64,000 nt of DNA from Cetorhinus maximus (Eukaryota): positions 99,138,001-99,202,000 of the forward strand of contig NC_135896.1 of NCBI RefSeq assembly GCF_964194155.1, in the 5' to 3' direction. This document shows positions 52,811-64,000 of this stretch, piece by piece. How positions within the stretch are numbered: position 1 is the stretch's first letter; each line of letters opens with the position of its first letter. The notes beneath the pieces are model-generated. The model searched no databases and was not told the DNA's origin. It saw only the letters and a program-made list of their open reading frames with translations. The position numbers were made by a program, and so were the translations under genes.

Positions 52811-54739
52811 GGTGGCAGGAGATAAGTTGAGCACCATGTTTATTTTGAAATCTGTAAAGTGGGGGTAAGGATTAAGCTGAAAGTCTTTGCTCAGGACAGA
52901 TCTCTGAAAGGTGAAAGTACCTGAGCCATCCCTTCCAGTGGGGAAATGCTTTTTAAACTATATTCTGCTGTGTATATCCAGAATGTTGTCTTTCCGTTTT
53001 ACATTTCCAGCACTTTAACCTGTTTTTGGGCTGTGTTGAGCCTCTTGCAGAGGGTTTTTGCCATTTCAAAGTGATCCAGGTTTTGCAATTAAAATCTGCG
53101 CTGGTCACCTAATTGCATTGGTGATGAAGGAATTCAGTTGATATGCATTAACCGAACGGAAAGTGAACTCAGGCATGACCAAGCGGGACCGATTTTGGAT
53201 TATCTGGGGAGGTGGGGGGGGAGTCAGAGGGGAATTTTGCAGGTGTTTCCCGCTTTTTAGTGGCTCTGAGTGTTTCTGTCCTTTTTATGCCTCTCTGCGG
53301 GAGTGTGGGGTAAGGCTAGATGCTCTGTCCCTGCCTGTCATTCTCCAATGAACCTATCTCGGGGACACTAATTTACCCGGATTGCATCCTCCCCAGCCCC
53401 CCTGGTACCAAGAGCTTCATCCACCCCGGCTGCAAAGAGGGATTTCCTGTTACTGGACTGACGAGCAGGCGCCTGGAGCGTCCTCGGTCTCCTGGTTACA
53501 GAGTGAAACTCCCATTCTGTGTGTGTCCCATTGTCAGGAGGTGGAACCGCCCGGAGTTTGGCCCCGGGGGGTGGGGAGGCTTTGCTCTGAGCCGGTAACA
53601 GGCGACCCACGGGTGTCCAGCTCTCCGCCCCCCGACTCCTCTTGGATCTGTAACTCCTGCCCGTGCGGCTACAGCAGGTTAGACTCGCCTTTAACCCTAA
53701 TCGTCTCACTCCCGCTGCATTACAAACTCCTGTCGCTCGCAGCTCTGCTCTGTTGCAAAATATCCCTCGAAAGTTGCGCCCGATTTGCGGGAAATGGTAC
53801 TGTTTCCTACACCTGTGAATTTAAACCTGGTTTTGTTGTCAGATTATGATCCTAAGGGAGAATTGAATGGATGTTTGGGGGAGTGGGTGATTGTCAGGCT
53901 GAGTAGATGCTTCCTGTTCTGCCGTGTTTCTATCCACCTCCCATCAATGTTTCACTTGTTCTATTGCATTCTCATTGCTGATGTTGGGTATAAACCTTGA
54001 GTCACCATCAATGTGTGTGTTTAGGGGAGCTGTACCAGTTGTAGTCTCAGACTGCTGATTTAAAACCAAAACTATGTTCGCCCTGGTAAATTGAAGAATA
54101 TAACTTTTAAAAAAATACAGAAAACTCTGGAAACCCGATTGCTGCCAGACTTGCTGAGTTTTTCCAGGTATTTCTGTTTCTGTTTTTGTACTGGAAACTC
54201 CCAGCCGGTCAGGCAGCATCTGTGGAGAGAGAAAAACCGAGCAAAGTTTCAGGCTGATCACCTTTCATCAGGACAGTCTGTATTTAAAAAACAAAAAAAA
54301 AATGTAATGCAAAGTGTGACCAAAATGTGTGACATTGGGGAGGGACTGAGATTTATAGACAGGACGTGTGTGCCCAATGCAAGATTTTTCTTACTGCACT
54401 GATGTATAGAAATTGTTAACTTAAATGAATATATATTTAACCATTGTAAGGAGTTCGGGTCTTGGTGTTCCACTCAACACTTCACATGGTTTCCTTACAT
54501 CAAGGATAACTAGCCCACCCCAATTCCAATGAAAGTTCATAGTACCTGAAGGAGGAGGAACTAGCCCACCAAGAAATAGGCAGTGATCAGAAAGAAATGG
54601 ATCTTTCAATTTTGAAATGATGCTCCATAGTAAGTTTTGGTAATGATAAGACCCTCATGTGTTTACCTCCTCCTGTAGCAGCACTGGTACTGTTTATGTG
54701 TGACTTTGATTTTCATGATTGTCATTTTCTTTAGATATA

Positions 54740-55510
54740 TTAATGATCAGGACTTGGGAATACATAATTTCAAAGTTTGTGGATGGCATGAAACTTAAAC
54801 AATGAGGAAGATAATAACAGGAGGACATCAAACAACTAGAAAATGGGCTGGCGTGACAGGTGGAATTTAATGCAGAGACGTGTGAAGTGATACATTTTAG
54901 TAGAAAGAATGGTGAGAGGTAATATGAACTAAATGATATAATTTTAAAGGGGGTGCAGAGTCAGACCTGGGGATTATATGCACATAAATCTTTGAAATTA
55001 GCAGGACATGTTGAGAAGGCTGTTAAAAAGACATGGGATACTTGGCTTTATTAACAGAGATATAGGATGGAACTTAATGCCCTCTGCGCCCCCACCCTGT
55101 GGTGAGTTTGGCAGGGGGAATTCATCAGATGGCAGGGTGGCAAGTGAGTACACGCTTCCTTCCCACCTTTGTTTAAGTCCGTGACAGGAAAGCTCATGGA
55201 CAGCCTTCCCACTCCCATGCCAATTCACCCAGCAATGGGCTGGGGTGGACTCACCATATGGGAAGTCTGAAAAGCAAACTTTGTTGGGGTTGCTTGTGGA
55301 CTCCCGGGGGATCTCTTGTTCAAAGACGCTGGGGCATTCGGGGCATTCAAGAGGGCATTAGATGATTGTTTCTATTCAAATAATGTGCAGGGGCATGGAG
55401 AAAAGACATGGCAATGACACTAAGTCATAATGCTCATTTGGAGAGCCAGTGCAGACACGATGGGCCAAATGGTCTCTTTCTGTGCCATTAAAATTCTGTG
55501 ATTCTGTGAT
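54740..55510 (+). mobile_element. CR1 fragments with an internal MITE-like insert (about 55065-55330)
   Basis: aagtttgtggatggc (KFADD-like), FNAE.CEVIHF and the CR1 tail. Confidence 0.55.
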
Positions 55511-58500
55511 CATAATGTTTATCTGGGCATCCTAATCATTCTAAATGGCTTGTGTAGCTCTCGGAGATAACTCTTTCTTTATAAGCCAAATCAAACTTCA
55601 CACTAATATTATAATAGTGTTACTGAACATAAAAGTAAAAGCCGGAAGATTTGACAGTATCCTTTTTTTTTGGATAATCCCCAGTTGCCTGGTATCCATT
55701 TTACTATATTTAGCATTTATAGCTGTTTAGTTTTCCCTGCTGTTTAGCAGTCAGCCACATCTACCACACGTACCTCTATTGTTACACTTCTTTTTGTGCT
55801 GGAAATCTGATCGTCTACACCACTACTGTCTCTAATGTCAGATTTGTATCTAATTACTGGAATACACTCAAACCTTCATCTAGTGTTTCCATTAAAGTTT
55901 GTCCCTAATTCTTTGGATACAACTCACATCATTATAGTGAAGCTTACTTATTAATAATTCTACTTTTTTTCTTCTATGGAAATTTAGTTCTTCATTAGTC
56001 ATGCTTTTCATGATTGTGAAAAGCTACTGTAATTTCCCATCATTGTATACAGTTTTTTATTTTTGTCATCTGTAAAATTGAACGATTGACAAAAATTGTC
56101 TGCTTTATTATGCATGCAATAAATTAATGTCCCAAGTGTTGTGGTCAGTGGTGAGGGAACATCATTGTCATTCATTAAGCTGAAAGTTGCCCACAAAGTT
56201 TTTGCAGACTTTTCAGTGGTGACATGCAATACTGATGTCCGATCCAGCACTGTGCTCACTACAGGGCATCTGTCGGATGTGCGAACAGGGTGAGGAAAGA
56301 TGAGGCTCTTCAATGCAAAGGATTGAAGAACCTTCACTGAAGTCCGCAAAGTCTAAACCAGGAAGTGTATATGACACCTAAATCATGCAGAGAAGTGTAA
56401 AGAAAGTTGGATTAAGAGAGGAGATAAAGGAGACACACACAAAAAATAAAATGGGAAAAACATTCTCCAACACTGATTAACATCTGAAGGAAGGGACCCC
56501 ACACTTGTAAAATTAAATTTTCATGACCAGAAACATTGTTTGGCAGTTTCTGCCAATTATCACAGTGTTAAAAAATTCACTTACCCCTGAATGCATTTTG
56601 TCCTGGATATCTTGTTTGTGATTACTGCAACTTTATGCATGTATTTCAGTGCTGAGTCTATGGTGAGGTTCTGTTACAGGGCAGTCTGTGAAGGAGCAGG
56701 ATAACTCAGACTGTATCTTCTCGATTTCTGTGTTAAACTGTGCAACTACGTACTCCAGAAGTTACTGTCCAATTGAGGCTTGATAACTTCACCATAATTA
56801 TTAATGCAGAATGTGGACCATTCTGTTTACTATTTTTTCTCTTCAGCTTCCGGTTTTAACAGGTTTAGTGATTCTACAAACCTGGAAAAATGACATTTAA
56901 TCTGTGGGGCTTTTGAGCTCTCAGCTTCTGTCATAGATTTGTTTGAGTGTTACATTTTTACTATTTTCTCACTCTTGGGGTACATGGTTTTGACTTTCCT
57001 GTTTGATGTTGAGTGGTCTTCTCCATTTCTTGATTATTGAGAATGGTTCAGCAACTTTGGTTACTTGTTTACTTTTGTGTTCAGTGAATACGATCCAGTC
57101 TCTGATGTAACGTATTCAAGTTTCAGTAATCCCGGCCCAGCTCATGGCAGCTCTGGGGATTCCATGTGAAATTGTTTGCTTTTTAATTCTGGCCTCCATT
57201 TGTGCTACATGTATGGTGCTCCAAATGCTTTTAAAGTTGTCCCATTGTGTACAATCCCATGTATAAATGGGTGTCTATGTAGATGATTGTCAGTAATTGC
57301 TGAGAACGCTTCTGTATCTCACAGCTGCAATTCACATATAGCTTGAGCCTGTGGGTTAATGATGCTACAATGCATTTTGATTTATTCCCTTTAGATAGGA
57401 TTTTCTCTAGTTGTAAGACCACTTATGCAGCATATGTAGATAAATGCCATCATAGGCCAGCCTTGGCTTAGTGGGAACACTATAGCTTCTGGTTCAGAAA
57501 GTCATCTGCTGAAGTCCCATTCAGGTACTGGAGCATATATATTGTTTATTATTCATTCATTGGATGTGGGCCAGCCCATCCCTAATTATCCTTGTTCAGA
57601 GGGCATTTAAGAGTCAACCACATTGGTTGGAGGATGACAGCTTTCCTTCCCTAAAGGGACATTAGTGAACTAGATGGATTTTTAACAACAACGGTTTCAT
57701 GATTCCAGAGTTTTATTAAGTTCAAATTCCACATCTGCCATGGTAGGGTTCAAACCCAGGTCCCCAGAGGATTACTAGTCCAGTGATAATACCACTATGC
57801 CATCACCTCCCCTGATTATAATCTAGGTTAACACTTTAGTGCAGTGCTGAGGAGTGCTGAAATGTCAGAGGTATCTGTCAGATACCATCATGGCTTGCTA
57901 AATTGTACACAAAAGGTCCCATGGCACTATTTGGAGAGGATCAAAGGATGTGCAGTATCCTGACAATCATTGTATTGATTATAATCATTTTCAATATTTC
58001 TTTTAAAAGAAAATGATCCGGGCATTATCTCATTGCTGTTTATGAGATTTTGCAGTGTTAACCTGCCACATTTCCTACATCGCAATATTGAACACAGTTC
58101 AGAAGTACCTCATTGGCTGTGAAACATCTGAGATCTGAAAGGTTCCAAACAAATGCAGATCTTCCTTCCCTGTTCTTTTCAACGAAAATGTCCTTGGTTA
58201 GTTTTCCCGACCCTGTTCTGTTAGCAAACAGCCTGTGATGTGGCAAATAATTCATGTATTTTTTTTTTAGTTTATTTCTGGGATAATGCTGGCAAAGTAC
58301 TATTCATAGCTTATCTCTAATTGCCCTGAAGAGGTGGTGATGGCCCTTTTCCTCCAGCCAGCCCTGGTACTGATGTTGCTCCCAGAGTGGTGGTTGGTAG
58401 AAATTTCCCAAAAATTGGGCGGTGATGATGAAGAAACAACAAATAGATGTCTAAGTCAGCATACCCTGTGACTTGGGGAACTTGGATATGGTGATGTTCC

Positions 58501-61269
58501 TACAATATTGCTGCTGTTGTCCAGCTAAGGAAAACCTTAGGAAAAATTCTGAAATATAAGGATATTTTTCTCCTGTCCTCTCGAGCATGAATATAGTCTA
58601 GTGAGCGGATGGTCCCTCTGGGATCAGGAGCAGGAAGACTCAGCCAATTTTACCAGCTTGCTGTTTTTTTCCCCCAACCAAAATGTGGGGCAATAAAAAT
58701 AAGTTAACTTACTTAGTTGCCTTAAAGTAGTGATCTTTGTCATAGGCCTTTATTCTGGGCTTGTTTTCCGATGTATAAATTATTTTTGAACTCAACTTTT
58801 TTGGGGCTTTGTCATGTTTTCTGGGTTTTGTAGGTTGGCAATTGGAGATACCAAGCTTTATTTGTGTAACTAATTTCTTAACCGAATGGCGAATTTAATC
58901 AATCACAGACACGGGATTCATATCGATAGATCAAATGCACTTTGTTTGATCTTTTGAAAAATTGTTTATTTCTGAAGTAACAATATAAGCAGAAATTCTA
59001 CTTACAATCTGAAAAGCCATGTGGGCTTCAGCAATTTCAAGAAGATGGTCCACCAATTAGGGATGGGCAATAAATGCTGACCTTGCCACATCCCATGAAT
59101 GATTAAAAAACACCTTCATTTACAAAGAATTAGAGCTGCTGAAATATGTATTCATTGGAAATGACCGATCAAAGTACTATTTAAAAAAAAAACCCTAACG
59201 AAGTCTTTTAGCCATTTCTCCTCTTTCTCCATTGCAGGTGCTTCTCTTCTACTCTCCTCCCTTCAACCTACAGCTTGTGAATAGCATTTTCTGATTGACG
59301 TTCCTATAGATATAATTTAAATAAGGCCAAGGAGAACTCCACAAATCCAAGTTTGGCAAATTTGATTGGTTAACCCTCAAAGATCAGTTCTTTAAGTCCC
59401 GTAGCTTTCAAGTCAATCAGCCGCCTGAACTTCTTACTCCATTGTGCATTTGAGAATTGTATGTGTTGAAAAGCTTAATGTTATGCTTGGTAAGTTTAAA
59501 AAAAATAGATTAGAACACACCTAATCTGTTAATTGGTTTTACATGAACTTAACTGAAACTTGGGAATAACATGTCACTTTCCAATATGAGGTAAAATTTA
59601 AAAATCAATACTTCTATACTTAAAGCTCAATTTTTTCTCTCTCTCTGTTTGTGACTGAGTTATTGTAAACGTGGAATGCAAAATGGTGTTAGGTTGACTG
59701 GATTAGAATGAAGGTGTCAATACTAAATGTATTACAAATTATTTGCATGCTTTCAAGTAATCATTATGTTGTAATATGATGCTTTGGGTTTTCCTCATCC
59801 CAGGCAAAGCAAGTATTTTTTTAAAGTTTGTGTATTATGTATTATTGACAATTAATAACGCCATCCACTGGAGCTGCCCAGAAAATACTACATTATTAAA
59901 CTTAAATGTCTTCAAGAAATGGATAAAGTGATGGTAGATGGAATACCAATATTTCATTGGACCTCTGTAGTAAGTCCCTTAACTTGCAATATTACAGCTC
60001 ATGTTTGTGTTTCACACATCGCTACCACTGTTTCTTATCTTCTTCAGTGCTAACTGACATGACTGCCCGTTACGAATATAAGATTCTTCGTGCAGTCAAA
60101 TTATCTCAAAAAATACTTTATGTTTTAGAATATTTAGATTAGTTACAAGGCTCATGAAGTACAGTTTATTGAATATTCGATAATCATGTTTCTTCACGAG
60201 GTGATTTAATCTGTTCCCCTCTAACGCACACTGTTGTCACATTTCAAATGGGGTAACTATTTTAACATAAAAGTGAAGCCTTCCTATACATTATTGGTTA
60301 CATAGTAACTTCAGTTTAAAGTATATCTGTCTTTAATGCAATCTCTTGGTTGCACGTCAATGCAGGGACAATATCATGAGATATTAACTAATTAATTTTA
60401 ATAATTACTATGTTGAGATGGCATTTCCATAAAAGTACTCTTAAAATAAATGATTTTAGTTAGCAGAGAATGCAATCTATTTCTTCTGTATGTTTCATAG
60501 CTGATGGAATTAGAAGTGCATTAGAATATGATTTCATTGCTGTTTAGTTTTTTTTATTACATTGCCTTATTTTTCAAGAATGACATTATACACAAGAGGT
60601 GGTCATTGAATGATACCAAACAATCACTACTACAGCGTGAATGGAAGACCTCAAATCGATCACAACATTTGGAAGAAATAAAATCAGGTACACTCTAAAT
60701 CTTACTTTTAAAGGATAGGTTACACAGAAGGACGAATCATTATCCTTTGTGTTATGATACACCTCATAAACTTACAATCATTGATTAAGATGACATTAAA
60801 CACATGTTGTAATAAATATTTGGACTTTTAGCGCATCATCTCAATTTCAATCATTTTCTAAAAACTGCATTTCAGTCAATGAGTGGGACCTAAGGTGATG
60901 ATCTTCCTTTTCTGCTAGCTGTTAGGATTGCTGAATAAAACAAGTTGGACATTTTCAGTTTAATTCTTCTGAATGTGGCAAAGTGAAGAGGTGAATGGGT
61001 TAGTGAAGGATTGCATGAGGCCTGGGCACAGCCACCTGGCTATTGCTGTGTATGAGATCTTGTTGTGCACAAATTGGCTGCCATGTTTTCCTACACTTCG
61101 AAAGTTCTTAATTAGCAGTGAAGTACTTTGGGATGTCCTGAGGCCAGGAAAGGTGCTATATAAAGCAAGTTATTTATTGCCTTTTCTTTTTCTCTCCCTT
61201 TTGTGATTTTCAAATTATACACCTGTGGTTTGTTGGATACTTAAAAAAAAAGTTGTTTGGTAGTACGGA

Positions 61270-61675
61270 ATTTGAGTATTGCTGAAAAAAAGACATTTTG
61301 TCAAAGCTTTTCATCTTGCACTCATCAGGACAATTGCAAGAATACCAATGTCAAGGGAAGCAACAACTTTATACTGTATGAGAAGAGGGTGCTGATTGGT
61401 TGGCAAGTTTTCTCTGATTGATAGAGGCGTTGCCGTGGAGAATGCACCAGTTAATGGCGACTGACAGTTAACTGCCAAGCATTATTTGAAATTTAAACCA
61501 GGCAGCTTGACTCTGATTGATCAAGGCATTGCCCTGAGGAATGAACCAGCGAATGGCTATCACTTATTTTGTTTAACTGAAACAAGCACAATGTGTGTAC
61601 ACGTTCCTCTGCCTGCAAAAAACAGGGCCCTGTATATTAATATATGTAGCTTCCAGTACACACAAATGCACCACA
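61270..61675 (-). mobile_element. 3' end of a second Penelope-like family (GIY-YIG C-terminus plus hammerhead-bearing tail)
   Basis: VLEATYINIQGPVFCRQ resembles PLE endonuclease C-termini; tail homologous to 36120-36240. Confidence 0.65.
61298..61333 (-). ncRNA. Minimal hammerhead-ribozyme motif
   Basis: Minus strand reads ttgtc-CTGATGA-gtgcaagat-GAAA-agct-TT-gacaa. Confidence 0.55.
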
Positions 61676-62384
61676 CTGCGAGCCCAAATGACAATGGCCG
61701 GAATTGTCCGCTCCCATTGGTGGCAGGCATCATGGTGGATGGGAGGGGGGCATAGAATTTGACGGGAGGGGCAGCAATTGGTTTCACACTGGCGTGAAAT
61801 CACAGTAGGATCATCGATGGTGTCTGCCCACGCCTGACTTACTGTTACACCAGCAGGAAACCACACGGGCTCAGAACACGTCTAGACAAGTGTGACGTGC
61901 AGAAGCCGGGACTTACCTTTAGGGCCTTGCTCAGATTGCGGACACCTGAGGGGAAGAAGATGCTGGAGCCCTTTGGCTATTGGAGCCTGGAGGAACACCT
62001 GCATTGCATGCTGGGTGGATCCTCATGGACATGGCTGTACTGCAAAGCAGTTCACGGAAGGTGGGAGGTCTCCACGCTGCAGCTTCACCTCCACTGAAGC
62101 TTTGGAACTTCTCGGACTTCATGGGCTGGCATGGATGATCGGAGTGGGGGGGGCGGGGGACGGGACGGAGGGGAAGGTGTAGGTGTGAGTGGGGGGTGGT
62201 GGGGGAAAATGAAGGGGTCGGGGAGTTGAGGCTGGGGGTTGGGGGGGACAAAGGTATCAGGGACATGACATTGGGAGGGGGTTGAGGGGATCCAGGGAAG
62301 GAGGCAGTATGAGGGGGTGGAAGTTGTAGCAGGGAAGAATGCTACAAGTGGGGAGGTGGGTTTAAGGGGGAGTTAGACCTCAGC

Positions 62385-62900
62385 GGGAGTATTGTGTACA
62401 GTTCTGGGTGCCACACTATAGGAAGGATGTGAACACATTGGAGAGAGTGCAGGAGAGGTTTACGAGAATGGTTCCAGGGATGAGAAACTTCAGTTACGGA
62501 GGTAGACTGGAGAGGTTGGGACTGTTCTCCTTGGAGAGGAGAAGGCTGAGAGGAGATTTGATAGAGATGTTCAAAATCATGAGGGGGCTGGATAGAGTTG
62601 ATAGGAAAAAACTGTTCCTGCTCGTAAAAGAATCGAGAAGGCACAGATTTAAAGTGATTTGCAAAAGAAACAAATGCGATGTGAAAAAAAACTTTCAATC
62701 TGGAATGTGCGGCCTGGAATTGCAGTGGCCGTAGGTTCAATCGAGGCCTATCAAGAAGGAGGGCATTAGATAATTGTTTCCATTTAAATAATGTGCAAGG
62801 GTACGGGGAAAAGGCGGGAGAATAGCACTAACTCATAATTCTCATTTGGAGAGCTGGTGCAGACACAATGGGCTGAATGGCCTCCTTCTGCACCATAACA
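62385..62900 (+). mobile_element. CR1 LINE 3' fragment
   Basis: EYCVQFW.PHYRKDV..LERVQ.RFTRMVPG...RRLRGDLIE plus tail. Confidence 0.88.
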
Positions 62901-63676
62901 ACCCTGTGTCTGGGGGTGGGAGGGGGTCTGGGGGTGGGAGGAGGGAGTTTGGGGTTGGAGGGAGGTGTGCAGGGGGAGGAGTGAGTTCAGAGGAGGGAAA
63001 GGGTCAGGGGGAGGAGGGAGTCATGGTGGAGGAAGGAGTAAGGAAGGGTTGGAATGTCCAGGTAAACGTGCGAGGGAGGGGTCTCTGGAGTTAGTGACTG
63101 CCTCCTGGAAAGCGAACTCCGGGTCGGCATGGTAAGAGGGAATGGTGAGTGTGAGAGGGGCTAGAGGGAGCTGAGAGGCTGAGCGTGTGTCGGTACCAGT
63201 AGAACGGGTGGCGAGGGTGGTTGGTGGGGACACTGAAGCGACACGGACCCTCGGGGGGTGGGAAGTAGGAGACCAGGGAGGTCAATGTGGACAGGGGGTG
63301 GGATTTTCAGGAGGGTGGGGTATGTGAGCCGTCACCTGGGCATCCTGGAAAGAAAAGGATTCTGGCTGTAGGGTAACGGTGGGGAGGTGGAAGGTGACGC
63401 TGGGGAGTGGAATGTGATTGGGGAAAGGACATGGATGACTGAGGGAGGGGAAAGGACAGGGGAGCTAATCAAAAACTTGACAACGACCATGTTTTTCAAA
63501 TTGAAAATGAGTGGATCCTCGTGTTGGACGGGCACAGGTGCTGCCTGGGAGTGAGATCAGTGGGTGGACGGAGAAGCGGATAGGCTCAGACAGACAACTG
63601 AAAGGGAACCCCAGCAGGCAGCATTGAAAATGCTCAGGACACTGAGATGAACATAGTGGATGAAGGCTCCGCATGG

Positions 63677-63868
63677 GTGGGAGAGTGTGCGTGCGTGGGA
63701 GAGTGCGCGTGCGTGGGGGAGTGCGCGTGCGTGGGAGAGTGAGCGTGCGTGGGAGAGTGCGCGTGCGTGGGAGAGTGCGTGTGCGTGGGAGAGTGAGCGT
63801 GCGTGGGAGAGTGCGCGTGCGTGGGAGAGTGCGCGTGCGTGGGAGAGTGCGCGTGCGTGGGAGAGTGC
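63677..63868 (+). repeat. 18-bp minisatellite (gtgggagagtgcgcgtgc), about 10.7 copies
   Basis: Direct inspection. Confidence 0.93.
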
Positions 63869-64000
63869 TTGCATGAGGCTCCGATAGGCCCTGCCACACG
63901 TCCATTTCTCCCTCCAGAATCACCCGTGGGCTGGCTGTGTGCAGCTGAACTGCTAGTGGGGAGCTGGATGCAGGGGGAGGACTCGCGAAGCCTGTAAATG

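Noticed and set aside
63465-63997. WESARA/HARALS repetitive ORFs
   Set aside because: Translations of the 18-bp minisatellite.

Overview
Eukaryotic, vertebrate genomic DNA, most likely from a cartilaginous fish (shark-type repeat families; a 302-aa Cx35/36). Two conserved genes lie in tandem on the + strand: cardiac alpha-actin ACTC1 (6 coding exons, 377 aa, promoter with four CArG boxes) and GJD2/connexin 35-36 (2 coding exons, 302 aa). Upstream of ACTC1 are two paralogous genes, each with one coding exon, for an uncharacterised 72-aa hydrophobic microprotein (4985-5203 and 15440-15658; 44/72 identical; glycine-zipper and caveolin-like hairpin pattern). These are the most novel items in the window. 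The rest is transposon-rich: a decayed Harbinger element (transposase plus Myb/SANT gene) split by a hAT insertion and carrying a 27-bp minisatellite, CR1/L2/RTE LINE fragments, Penelope-like elements with minimal hammerhead-ribozyme motifs, a solo LTR, SINEs and MITEs. Also noted: a pair of unidentified coding-like relics (22.2 kb and 56.7 kb) and a 139-bp inverted duplicate shared by ACTC1 intron 5 and the GJD2 3' flank. All alignments and counts were done by eye; no database searches were run.
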